DNA from: Octopus vulgaris
Lineage: Eukaryota
Reading direction: 5' to 3'
DNA length: 64,000 nt
Assembly: GCA_951406725.2 (NCBI GenBank)
Contig: OX597822.1
Location: 91,140,001 to 91,204,000 of the forward strand
In this document: positions 1 to 13,367 of the stretch, one piece after another
How the letters are laid out: the number at the start of each line of letters is the position of its first letter
How positions within the stretch are numbered: position 1 is the first letter of the stretch
Made by a program: the position numbers and the translations under genes
The notes under the pieces: model-generated
What the model saw: only the letters and a program-made list of their open reading frames with translations
Told to the model about the DNA's origin: nothing
The model's database searches: none

Positions 1-570
1 TACAAATAAGAAAATGGAGAAACAAGTTTAGTTTGTTCATCAACTTTCGGATATTAGAATTTTGGATTATTTATTCATTCAACAAAATGGAGAAACAAGT
101 TTAGATTAATTAATCGTAATGTATGCATACATACACACATACCTATGTATACGTAAACAAATATACATACATCCGTTGAAATATATACAAACGTATATAC
201 CAACTCATATATACACAAACATGCATGCACCCACATACTCTCACAGAACGTCACAGTACACACATACAGTCCTACCTACAATCCACATACACGTACACAT
301 GGACACATCCAAACATACATACACACATATGCATACATTCTTACATCAACATATACAAACACCTACAGAATCAAATCTATAAGTAGGTTTAGGTCTAAAA
401 TTAAACAAATAAACTATTTATGAGTTAAATAATTATATACCCAACATTTTTATTAAATGAGTAAACAAAATGAAAACATATCCATGTCCACATGCATACT
501 CGTATAGATGCAATATTCTCTATATGTACCACTATTCGACAAATACACACCCATACATATCCACACATAT

Positions 571-972
571 AGGCGCAGGAGTAGCTGTGTGGTAAGTAGC
601 TTGCTAACCAACCACATGGTTCCGGGTTCAGTCCCACTGCATGGCACCTTGGGCAAGTGTCTTCTACTATAGCCTCGGGCCGATCAAAGCCTTGTGAGTG
701 GATTTGGTAGACGGAAACTGAAAGAAGCCCGTCGTATATATGCATATATATATGCGTGTGTGTTTGTGTGTCTGTGTTTGTCCCCCTAGCATTACTTGAC
801 AACCGATGCTGGTGCGTTTATGTGCCCGTTACTTAGCGTTTCGGCAAAAGAGACCGATAAAATAAGTACTGGGCTTACAAAAGAATAGGTCCCGGGGTCG
901 ATTTGCTCGACTAAAGGCGGTGCTCCAGCATGGCCGTAGTCAAATGACTGAAACATGTAAAAGAGTAAAAGA
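571..972 (+). mobile_element. tRNA-derived SINE family A, representative copy. Other full or partial copies at about 1470-2017, 5765-6135, 11470-11881, 12805-13025, 18265-18648, 23020-23380, 28594-28955, 40620-40940, 41405-41750, 43725-43856, 44505-44928, 45293-45716, 45912-46870 (tandem heads), 50280-50870, 55995-57010 (split)
   Basis: Head with A/B-box-like motifs (TGGCTGTGTGG, GGTTCAGTCC), internal (TA/CA)n, tail tgactgaaacaagtaaaagag; many near-identical copies on both strands. Confidence 0.9.
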
Positions 973-2351
973 ATATACACCCATATGCACATGCATAAAC
1001 TAGTACCTACATATATTATAATATATTCTCCCACATATTATTATAAATATATACACATTCTCTAAGAGCCCTTATATACATAAATTTACATACAAATATA
1101 CATATGCAGATACATATTTACATATCATCCCACCCATACACATACACACATTCACATATACATATATCCATATGTATGGCACGTAAAAAGCACCCACTAC
1201 ACTCTTGGAGTGGTTGGCGTTAGGAAGGGCATCCAGCTGTAGAAACTCTGCCAGATCAAGACTGTTTACAAGATAAAAGTAAATGTAAATTTCATCTTTA
1301 ATTTTTTTTTTTTTTTAAAGTAACAAAAAATAGAGAGGAAGGAAAGCAAATCAGCAACTATTACTCTCCAGAAAAACCAGCAAAGTAAATACGATGCCCC
1401 ATAGAAGAGTCATACAACTAATTACCTCAACAACTATTTTGATAGCAGTTTAACTATTATACCAATATATTACTCTTTTACTTTTACTTGTTTCAGTCAT
1501 TTGACTGCGGCCATGCTGGAGCACCGCCTTTAATCGAGCAACTCGAGCCCGGGACTTATCCTATCGGTCTCTTTTGCCGAAACGCTAAGTAACGGGGACA
1601 TAAACGCACCAGCATCGGTTGTCAAGCAATGCTTGGGGGACAAACACAGACACACACATATATATATATATATATATACACATTCTTTCAGTTTCCGTCT
1701 ATCCATATATATCTTTTATTTTATATCATTTGACTGCGGCCATGCTGGATAGCCGGGACTATATTCTATCGGTCTAACCGCTAAGTAACGGGGACATAAA
1801 CACACCAGCATCGGTTGTCAAGCAATGCTAGGGGGACAAACACAGACACACACACATCGGGCTTCCTTCAGTTTCCATCTACCAAATCCACTCGCAAGGC
1901 TTTGGTCGGCCCGAGGCTATAGTAGAAGACATTTGCCCAAGGTGCCACGCAGTGGGACTGAACCCGGAACCATGTGGTTGGTAAACAAGCTACTTACCAC
2001 ACAGCCACTCCTGCGCCTCATAAATGTTAAATTTTAATTAGTTATACATTTAGTTTAGATGCATTCTCTTTAATCCCTTATTCAGTTATTCTCAGAATAT
2101 TCAGGTTACATAAGTTAAAATAATTCTTGTTTATTTTGCTTTTCTAGTGCTGGTCTAAGCTGTTGCTGGCGATACAACATCCATCAACACATCTCAATGC
2201 TATGCCATTTCTTAAATGAGGTCAACTTAAATGGCTAAATTACTATCTCTGAAATTGGAAATTTTAACACACATTACAATTTGCATTTAGTCGCAAATTG
2301 GTACATTTTTACCAGCTCCACAGTCCTGGATTGGGTCTACTACCTTATTAA

Positions 2352-2573
2352 CCCTTTAGCATTCAAACCGGCCGTATCCGGCCAAAATATTTAACCTGTT
2401 TTATATTGAAACTGACCAGATCTCGTCTCTCACCTCAGCCCTACCATGTCATTCTAAAACTAAAAAAAATCACATCACTGAAATCTCTAAATTACAAGAT
2501 AATGCATGATTAATTCAAACCATTTTAAATAAACAAACATCACATTTGACAGAATAATCTGAACACTAAAGGG
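2352..2573. mobile_element. piggyBac-type MITE just downstream of the gamma-tubulin stop codon (probable 3' UTR)
   Basis: TTAA flanks (2348-2351, 2574-2577), CCCTTTAG.../...CTAAAGGG TIRs. Confidence 0.85.
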
Positions 2574-2608
2574 TTAAACAGGGGGGGAAAAAAAAGCACT
2601 CTATGCAA

Positions 2609-2809
2609 TCAACATACATTTTTCATGCCCCAAGAAAGATACTCTGAGTTGGTAGCAGCATGATATTCATCCACCAATTGTTGCAAAACTTCTCTGGAAG
2701 CATCAAATTCTGATAAATCATTGTGGAACATAGGTTCTTTCTTAAATGTTTCCATAAAAGCTTCTCGTTTCCGCAGTTTATCATAATGTGACATGGTCCT
2801 TTCAAACAA
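2609..2809 (-). CDS. TUBG1: gamma-tubulin exon 12, terminal ([18 protein letters not shown]...[10 protein letters not shown])
   Basis: within ORF 2609..2815, ttgcAG acceptor, TGA stop. Confidence 0.97.
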   Translation of the reverse strand: MFERTMSHYDKLRKREAFMETFKKEPMFHNDLSEFDASREVLQQLVDEYHAATNSEYLSWGMKNVC

Positions 2810-5800
2810 CTGCAATGAAATGTTTATGAATAGAAAATATTAATATCTTACATAAGGGACAGAAATGGTGATGTAAAAACACCAGTTAATCAGTTTGTAC
2901 AAGAATAGTTTATAGAAAACTAATGTTATGATACCTATAGTTCCAAGATATTGTTAGACTATTTGCAATGACTGAGATTATTTCAGCTTTTTCCCCATAC
3001 CACATTTAGATACAATTATGATCCAAGTCATAAACACTATTTACAAAAAGTAATGTAACTAAGCTATAGCTCAAAAGCTGAAGCCAAAATATTATAAAGA
3101 CAAAGGAAATTCAACTTAACTACTGTGACTTATATACAGTAATATATTTTCTAAGGAGTTACTTTTAGTGAAAATGAACAAGCATCAGATTATACATCAT
3201 ATTTTTATATTAAAACAAAGCATGAATAAAAGGCAAAGAACTACTCACTGAAGATATACTGGTGTGATTAGCCAACATTAGACCACTGACTCGATGAGCA
3301 GTTAGAATGTAAGGAGATTTTCTGGAAAGTGCAACTTGTATACTGGCTGGACCCCATGGGATAAACTGTGCCAGTTTACGCTCACGGATTCTCTGCAGAC
3401 TTTTGTGGACCTGTTTAAAAGAAAGAATGAATAAAATCAATCAATTTGACTTATACCAAATTGATATAGGCATACAATATATCTCAAACATTAAGATATA
3501 TTCTGAAGTGTTTCTACCACTATTGTCACAATAACATTGCTTACATCAGGTAAGTTTTCCAACAAAATATGAAACAACCACTTAAAATGCAAATAGCTTG
3601 AACCTGGTAACTGTCGTTATGAAATATATGGTTAAAGAAAGATGTTGCATTGCACTTAGATTGAATTTATATCATATGTTAAAATCAGATGTAAACCAGG
3701 TGATGATGGAAATAATGCATAAAAAAAAATTAAGTCACTGAATTATGGTGTAATAACATAGGGTGATAGACAGTATCAGATATACCACTACATGTAATAA
3801 TGTAAGGTGATGGACAGTATCAGAAATATTAATGCAGAATTCTAGATTTATAATCCAATTTCTAACAAGATTTTATGCCAAAAATAATTTTAAATAGTTA
3901 GTGAGACAAACTGTCAGTAAATATACTCCAAGACTTCTACAATAGGCATTGTTGTAGGAATGATAATGAATTACAAATAAAAGAACAAATTTTTAAAAAG
4001 CCATTTTATTTGGTAAAAAGACCATGAATTATTTCTAAAACTTTAAAATAAAAAAAAAAAAAACAAAAAACAATCTGAATATTTTATAGTAGCTAAGATG
4101 TAAACTATAAGATTTAATCATTAACTATATGTCATTTTAGAATGGAAATTGTGGTTGTGATACCTGTGCTGGTGGCACGTAAAAAGCACCAACCAATCGT
4201 GGCCCTTGCCAGCCTCACCTGGCATGTAAAAAGCACCCACTACACTCATGGAGTGTTGGTGTTAGGAAGGGCATCCAGCTGTAGAAACACTGCCAGATCA
4301 GACTGTAGCCTGGTGCAGCCTTCTGGCTTTCCAGACCCCGGTCGAACCATCCAACCCATGCTAGCATGGAGAACGGATGTTAAACGATGATGATGATGAA
4401 TATAAAAATTTTCAAGTGACTGCTTCAAAAGATTAAAAATTTACATCTGAAGGATGTCACATAAAAGCTATATATCATGAAAAATAATCATTTTACCTGT
4501 GTAGGATCTACTTCACCTTGAATGATATTCAATATTGAAATATAGCAGTGCTTGTCTTGTCTATGAACAGGCGTTGAGACCATCATGTTTTTTGGTTGTA
4601 ATAGCCTACGCATCACATCGAGGACAGTAGTTTTTCTCACACTGGCAACCTGTATGGAAAAATCACAAAATGAATTAAAAAAACTAACTGAAATGCAATG
4701 TAGTGATGGAGAAAATAAAAAGAAGCAAATATGATGTAACAGTTATAAAATTAAGTTCAAGGTAGAGGCAATAACAGAAAGTGTTTAAGATTATAACTTT
4801 GCAGACAAGAACCCTCGTCTTTAGACAACAGAATTTTTAGTATTTACACTTATACTATATTTTGATTGATCTGATCTTTGGTTCACATTAATTCCTGTGT
4901 ACCCACAAGATACCATATAATAATCAATAGTGAGTCAAACTCAAACAAGATGTAAATATAAATGCTCACATTAAAACATTTCTCATGAATAGTTTGGAAA
5001 ATTAAAATCTTATTAAAATCATTCCAAGAGATTTTGATATTTAATCAGAAAGTAGTTGATAAAATCTCCAATAAAAATTTATCTATTTAGAATGGGAAAA
5101 ATTTTGAGCTATTTATATATGTTTTAGATGCAAGTGAGAATGTCGAAGTTGTTGACTACTTCACATATTGCAGCAGCATGATCTATAACAGCATTAGCTG
5201 CGAGCCTGACATCTTAAAAGATGTGGATATGCTAGGGCAGTTTTAGACTCACTGGACATGGAAATTTGGTACTGCCAATAACTGAGCAGGAGAACAAAGG
5301 TTTGGGTCTTTAGATCTCTGGTCCTTGTTCTCTTGCTCTACAGTTTGAGACTTGGATAATTTCCAAGGCCCTTAGGGGCCACCTGAACACTTTTGGCACC
5401 AGGACACTTCACAGGATTATGGGTGGATTTTGTCCCCAACCATCTATACTATATAAATGGATGTATATATGTGTATATATATATACATACATATGGATAT
5501 ATATACGTATATACATACATATATGGATATATGTAAATGAGTAAAGAGATTATATGCAAGAAGAATGGCCTATCAAAAAGTTAAATATGCACAACTAAAA
5601 ATTCATAAACTACCATAAAACCTAATAGACAAATATAAAATAAAATAAATATCCACTGACTAAAAAAGTTTTATGTAAATATACACATATATATATATAT
5701 ATATATATACATACACACATAGATATATACATATACATATATATATACACATATATATACATATATACTCTTTTACTTGTTTCAGTCATTTGACTGCGGC

Positions 5801-8800
5801 CATGCTGGAGCACCACCTTTAGTCGAGCAAATCGACCCCGGGACTTATTCTATTGGTCTCTTTTTGCCGAACCGCTAAGTGACGGGGATGTAAACACACC
5901 AGCATCGGTTGTCAAGCAATGCTAGGGGGACAAACACAGACACACAAACACATATATATATATACATATATACGACAGGCTTCTTTCAGTTTCCGTCTAC
6001 CAAATCCACTCACAAGGCATTGGTCGGCCCAGGGCTATAGCAGAAGACACTTGCCCAAGATGCCACGCAGTGGGACTGAACCCGGAACCATGTGGTTGGT
6101 TAGCAAGCTACTTACCACACAGCCACTCCTGCGCCTTATATACACACATATACATATATATATATACACACATATACATATATATATATACACATACATA
6201 TACACATATATATACACATATATATATATACACATATATATATATACACACACACATATATATATACATATACACACTCACACCCATATATATATATATA
6301 CACATAAATTATTTTATTTAAATATTATTTTTTTAGGGAATAACAGAGGTTCAAATTAGTCTCAATGAAGAAATATATTTTAACTTAGAGATAGTATGCC
6401 CCTACTTCTCACCAAATAAAAAGAATTTTTATTTTTATTTTAAATACCTAGTTTTATTCCTTGGCAACACGTGTTTCATGAGGTACATCCTCGGGTTCCT
6501 AAACCACTCCGTGTTTCCCTGGAACCCCTCTCAAGATGCCACCCCAATCATCAGGCCCTTATAACTTTATCAACTTTCAATACAATAAACTATATTTTAA
6601 TTTTTAAATCCCATAAATATGTGCAAAATAAGTATGTTTAGTTTCACTGGACTCTACAGTACAAGCCATAATTCAGATAAAAATTCAAACAAAGATAAAA
6701 AGTTACTTTTATTTCTGTAACTTTTTATCTGGCAGAATGAATACAGTTTTTCACAGTTGGATTTCACCTTCAGAGAACAGCCTAACCATTTAAATTTAGA
6801 TATTGAGAGACAAATAAGCTACATTTGAAAATTAGCTACATATTTGAGAAGAAATAGAGATGCAACAGATAAAAAGTGCATTCCAGAAGTTTTAAGACTT
6901 TTTTTTAGGACAGGTAGTTATAACTGTCTTAGATTATTGTAACTTTAGTATATCATTACTATATATCTAATGAACTACCCTACCAACTGTTATCTTTTTA
7001 ATTCTAGACTGAAGGAAACAGCTGCAACAGCACTTTCAACACACCCTACTAAACACTGCTTGTCACAATTCCATCCTAGTAATCAACTACTTGAAAGAGA
7101 TAGATATCACCCCCCCCCCCATACATTCTAAACCTTGCACCCTGTAATTTTTAGTTGTTCCCCATGCTAAAGGAGAACCTCAGGGTGTCATTTTGAAGCC
7201 ATTGCAAAGATAAAGGAGGCTGTATCAAGGGTTCAAACACCTTCACTTTGGAGGACACAAAATGACCAGAGTGCTACAAGTACATTGAAGTCAGAGGAAC
7301 CTACTTTGAAAGAGTTTTTTTTTTTCCTTGTAATTAATAAATGTTTCTCCTGAAATAATCTCAAAAGTTCTGGAATGCACCTCATATATTTAATGAAGAA
7401 ATAGAAAAATAGTAAAGAAAATGAGAGGAAGTAAGGTAAAACATGATCATTACATGTGGGTCAGTTGTTAATGGTGTATAACCAGTCATTAAGAAATGAA
7501 GTCGTGGTGTAGGAATAAGAGAAGCAATCAAGCCTACAAGATCATTATTCATGTATCCAGGGTAACGCAGTGTAGCTGTGCTTGTTGACATCACAATTGA
7601 GACCTGCAAGTACAAAGAAAGAGAATGGGAAATATAATTTTTACCATTATATTAAATTTACAAGAATAATTTAAAACTCTACTTGTGAAGACGTGTTGAG
7701 GCAAGTGAAAATCAAAATCAAAATCGATCAACATCAATGGAAATTGTAGCTGTGATACCAGTGCCGGTAGCACATAAGAGAACCATCCGAATGTGGCTGT
7801 TGCCCGCACCGACTGGCTTCCGTGCCGGTGGCGCATAAAAAGCACCATCCGATCGTGGCCGTTTGCCAGCCTCGTCAGGCACCTGTGCCGGTGGCACGTA
7901 AAAAGCACCCACTACACTTATGGAGTGGTTGGCGTTAGGAAGGGCATCCAGCCGTAGAAACATTGCCAGACCAGACTGGGCCTGGTGTAGCCTTCTGGCT
8001 TCCCAGACCCCAGTTGAACCGTCCAAACCATGCCAGCATGGAAAGCGGACGCTAAATGATTTAGATTCTATGTATGATCAGTGTCATTCATAAGAATTAA
8101 CATGTAATTGGCAACAAGTGGGGTCAAAATGGGAGTAAAATGAAAGAGACAAAGAAGTGCTGAAACGTATTATTTGAAGGAGTAATGTGCCATAACAAGG
8201 AACTATCACAAGTAAAGGCATCAGGCATTTAAAATCATCTATTAATTAATTAATCAAGATGTTGTAAATTACTAATAATATCAATTTCTAACATAGACAC
8301 GAGATTACACTGAGAGGTGGGCTTTAATCAATATCTTTACTCCAGATTGATGAAAGGCAAAGATATTTTTCTCAACACTCCACACTGATTTTCCCAGCCC
8401 AGTAACACCTCTAGCAAGTGATATGTTTTAGGGTGGAACAGTCATAGAATTCTTTGATCAATAAATCTAATCTTCAAAGTAATTGAGAGCAAAAGCAGAT
8501 CAGGATGGAGTTAATTTAGGTGTGGGCTTGTGCCAAACAGTTTAGGTTCCAGTAGTACAATTAAAAGAGAAAATTAAGCAAAGAAATCTATTTTGCTTCT
8601 GTTGACATGCAGAAGGTCTTTCACAGTATCCCACCACTGTATTGAGTAGCTTACAAGATCCTTGGAAGAAATGTATGTATATCCTTCAAGCAATTTAGGA
8701 TCAGCACTAAGTGGGAATCATTCTTGAGGAAGTGAAAAATACTGTAGAATACAGGTTCAAGGCAGAATAAGCAGGAGTTACAAAGGATAAATCCTGCAGA

Positions 8801-11800
8801 GTTCAAATTCTTACTTTCTGGAACGTTACTGAGCAGTTGCAGGAATGGCATGATTTCCTTGTTCTCAACTTTATCAGCTTCAGAAAGGATTTCAAAAGTC
8901 TTAACAGGAAAGTTATCTGGAGTCTATTCTGTGACTGCAAAACACCTAACACAAATATCATTCAACAGCTGTACAAAGACATTCACTGTCAAGTGATACA
9001 CCACGGAAGACTGTTAAAACTTTTCAAAGTAAACAATGAGATAAAGCAAAGATATCTTTACTTAAGTGATAGACGTCTTTATCACTAATGATGTTTTTGA
9101 AAGCAACTGTTAAGGTGAAGGAGCAAACTAGGCAAGCTAAAAGAGTAAATGCTAAAAAATCTCTTTGCAAATGACATTTGTCTGATATCCCAGAATGACA
9201 AAGACGTGCAGGAAAAAGAAACAGACAGGCTAATAGATAATAATGAAAACTACAGTGAGAGTTGACCCTGACTCTGTCATGGTTGAAAATCAAATGTTGA
9301 ATGAAAACAATTGTTTTACATATCTCAGAAGGCATGATGTCTACAAGTGAAGGTAGAGAGGAAGGTACCAATGCACAATTTAGGAAAGTAAATCAAACTT
9401 TTGATATTTTAAAATCAAGCTTAAAAGTAAAGGCTGTCCTAACATATTAAGCTGAGAATTTTCAATAGAAATGTCAAATCCACCTTACTATATTGTGCTG
9501 GATCATAAGTGAATAAACATAAATATCCTCAGACTGTTACAAATATTCATGATCATGTGCTTCAAAAGCATCCTAAACATTTGATAGCCAGAAATTGTGA
9601 ACGACAAAGAACTCTGGATTAGAGCTAAGCAAAATCCATCAGTCAATAAATAGCAAAATGTAAGTAGAGATAGGTAGGTTATACACTTTAGAAGATGGCG
9701 AGGTTATACACTTTAGAAGACGGCAAGGCTATACAATTTAGAAAGGCGGCGAGCTGGCAGAAACGTTAGCACGCCGGGCAAAATGCATAGCTGTATTTCG
9801 TCAGCTGTTACATTCTGGGTTCAAATTCCGCCGAGGTCAACTTTGCCTTTCATCCTTTCGGGGTCGATGTAATCGACTTAATCCGTTTGTCTGTCCCCTC
9901 TGTGTTTAGCCCCTTGTGAGTAGTAAAGAAATATATACACTTTAGAAGACAAAGGGGATGTTTGGTAAGATAAGTCTTGGACTGGAACCCAGAAAGAAAA
10001 AGAAGATAGGGTGCCTATAATCACTTGGCAGAAATAGAACTGAAGATGACAGATATGACATGAAACCAAATGAATAGGAAGGTTCAGGACAACACATGAT
10101 GATGATATTGAGAGATTAAATATACAATAAACATTCATTCTTTCTTCAGCTTCTTAGTTTTTTTGTCATTAAAATATAGACATTCAGAACAAGATGTCTT
10201 TGGTACCATGAAGCAGTTCACTTTTGTAAGCAGCAGCAGTAAGAAAGATTTTGTGTGTCATTACATTTTATCTTTCCTCTTTCTACTTAAGTCTAATGCA
10301 AAAAGAGTTAAGATTGTTTTCTGAACCCACCAATGAGTTGATCTGACCAAAAGTTGGATTCTGAATGCGAAGGCGATCAGTTGCAATTCGGTGGAGAGCT
10401 GTGTTATCCAAAACAACCTGTAAAACAAGAAATGATCAAGAATATAAACAAAATGACATTAATACTGAAAACATCAGCATCTTAAAAGACAATTAACTAA
10501 ACATTATGCTCAGATCTAACAACTTGCATTATAAATCATACCATGTATAAGATGTTCAATTCAGAAATGAAATTCTTTTTTAAATATGACAAAGAGGATG
10601 ATAATCTTCTATTAGCCACACTGCATTGAAGAGGGAGAGGTCCTAATTCCAGTTACACTAAGTAAAATAGTGTACCTTATCTGTGAACTGAAAATGTTAT
10701 GAATCGTTTCTATTAACATCACAGTCAGCAAACTAGCAACTCAACTGTTCAACCATCATATCAGTTTTTTTTTTACCATTTTATATTGTATTATCTTTAG
10801 TTGTATTATATCCATTTTCCTTATAAGCATAGGATAGTTGGAAAATTTTACATGTGGAAACTTTTGTCAGCTAAGCATAACAAAGCATTCAGATTTATGA
10901 ACCTTATTCAGTGGTGAAACAGAATAATTAAAAGAACTGGATAATGTAGTCTTAGATACACTATGTCTTAATGAGAGACAAGTTGGTCAGACTGTAGAGA
11001 GGTTACCTACCATTAGACAGGAAACTAGGTTCAAATGTTTACAACAGAGTGGACTTTGTTAAAAGTAAAAGATAGATAGGTGTTAAAGAAGGGAAGGAGT
11101 AAGTCTACACCCAATCTTAGCTAATGTACCATTTCTTTAAATGATAAACGATAAACATCGCCCTTTTCAAGACTAGCCAGCCTCATGGGCTCAGTTTCCC
11201 GGTTTCTATGGCATATGTGTTCCCCCCAGCTGGACAGGACGCCAGTCCATCGCAGCATTACTCAAGAAACAAGAAGAGTGAGTGAGAGAAAGTTGTGGCG
11301 AAAGAGTACAACAGGGGTCACCACTGCCCCCTGCCAGAGCCTCGTGGAGCTTTTAGGTGTTTTCGCTCAATAAACACATACAACGCCCAGTCTGGGAATC
11401 GAAACCGCGATCCTCTGACCGCGAGTCTGCAGCCCTAACCACTAGGCCATTGCACCTCCTACCATTTCTTTACTTACTCTCTTTTCTCTTTTACTTGCTT
11501 CAGTCATTTGACTGCGGCCATGCTGGAGCACCGCCTTTAATCGAGCAACTCGACCCCGGGACTTATGCTTTTGTAAGCCCAGTACTTATTCTATCGGTCT
11601 CTTTTGCCGAACCGCTAGGTAACGGGGACATAAACACACCAGCATCGGTTGTCATGCAATGCTAGGGGGACAAACACAGACACACACATGCATATATACG
11701 ACACATATACATATATACGACAGGCTTCTTTCAGTTTCCGTCTACCAAATCCACTCAGAAGGCTTTGGTCGGCCCGAGGTTACAGTAGAAGACACTTGCC

Positions 11801-13314
11801 TATGGTGCCACGCAGTGGGATTGAACCCGGAACCATGTGGTTGGTAAACAAGCTACTTACCACACAGCCGCTCCTGCGCCTAATTTTCAGATTCTAATTA
11901 AAACCCATTGAGCTAAACAGAACATTGAAAGCTTAACATTGTAAAAATATTAAAGAGCTTACCACACAGTCTGCATTCAATGTAAGTCTCTTCAATGTTA
12001 ATAGAGAATTATATGGTTGGACAACAACATCTGATATTTCATCCAGATTTGGAAATACTGAATATGTCTGAATAAGCTTTTTGGGAAACCTGCAAATAAA
12101 TCAATACTTTTAATCATATCAAGCTAACAAGATATCAATGAAGACATAAAAATACAAGATTACATTTTACTCCTGAGTAATCACAGGTGTAGATTTTCGT
12201 GACACACCCAGACTGGCATATATCTATACACACAAACATATATATACCAGCTCACTGATGCGAACCTTTCCTTCGTTGGAAACTAAACTCTGCTTGCGAA
12301 GACCTGTTGAGGCAAGTGAAATCGAAATCAAATTCGATGATTGGCCTCCATGCTAGTGGAGCGCTAAGAGCACCATCTGAATGTGATCGTTGCCAGAGCA
12401 GCTAACTGGCTTCTGTGCTGGTGGCACACAAAAAGCACCATTCAAGTATGGTCGGTACCAGCGTCACCTTACTGGCACATGAAAAAACATTCAAACGAGG
12501 TTGTTGCCAGTGCCGCTGGACTGGCTCCTGTGCAGGTGGCACATAAAAACAACCATTTGGGCGTGGCCGTTACCAGTACCGCCTGACTGGCCCTCATATC
12601 GGTGGCACATAAAAGTACCTACTATACTCTCGGGGTGGTTGACAGTAGGAAGGGCACCCAGCTGTTGAAACTCTGCCAGATCAAGATTGGAGCCTGATGC
12701 AGCCATCTGGCTCGCCAGTCCTCAGTCAAATCGGCCAACCCATGTTAGCATGGAAAGAGAACATTAAATGATGATGATGATGGTGAGATATATATATATA
12801 CATATACTCTTTTACTTGTTTCAGTCATTTGACTTGCAGCCATGCTGGAGCATTGCATTTAGTTAAGCAAATCGCCCCCAGGACTTATTCTTTGGAAGCC
12901 TAGTACTTATTTTATCGGTCTCCTTTGCCAAACCGCTAAGTTATGGGGACGTAAACACACCACCATTGGTTATCAAGCGATGTCATGGGGACCAACACAG
13001 ACACACAAACATATACACACACATATATACATTGTGTTAACAAGATGAGGACAAATATCCATCAATTGTAAATAATGTACATAATTCCTCATCTCTTAAA
13101 TATAGAACTGTGGTATAGATGTAAGTATGTACATATAGGTATGTATATATGCATATATATACATATGTATTTATATATATATATATATACATATGTATTT
13201 ATATATATATATATATATCTATATACATATACATATATATGTATATGTACATTTATGTCTATACATATATATATGCATATATACATTTATGTCTATACAT
13301 ATATACATATATAG

Positions 13315-13367
<53 letters not shown>

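Noticed and set aside
425-2037. Recurrent ORFs such as MLGGQTQTH... and ...[20 protein letters not shown]
   Set aside because: Translations of SINE family A copies, not a protein family.
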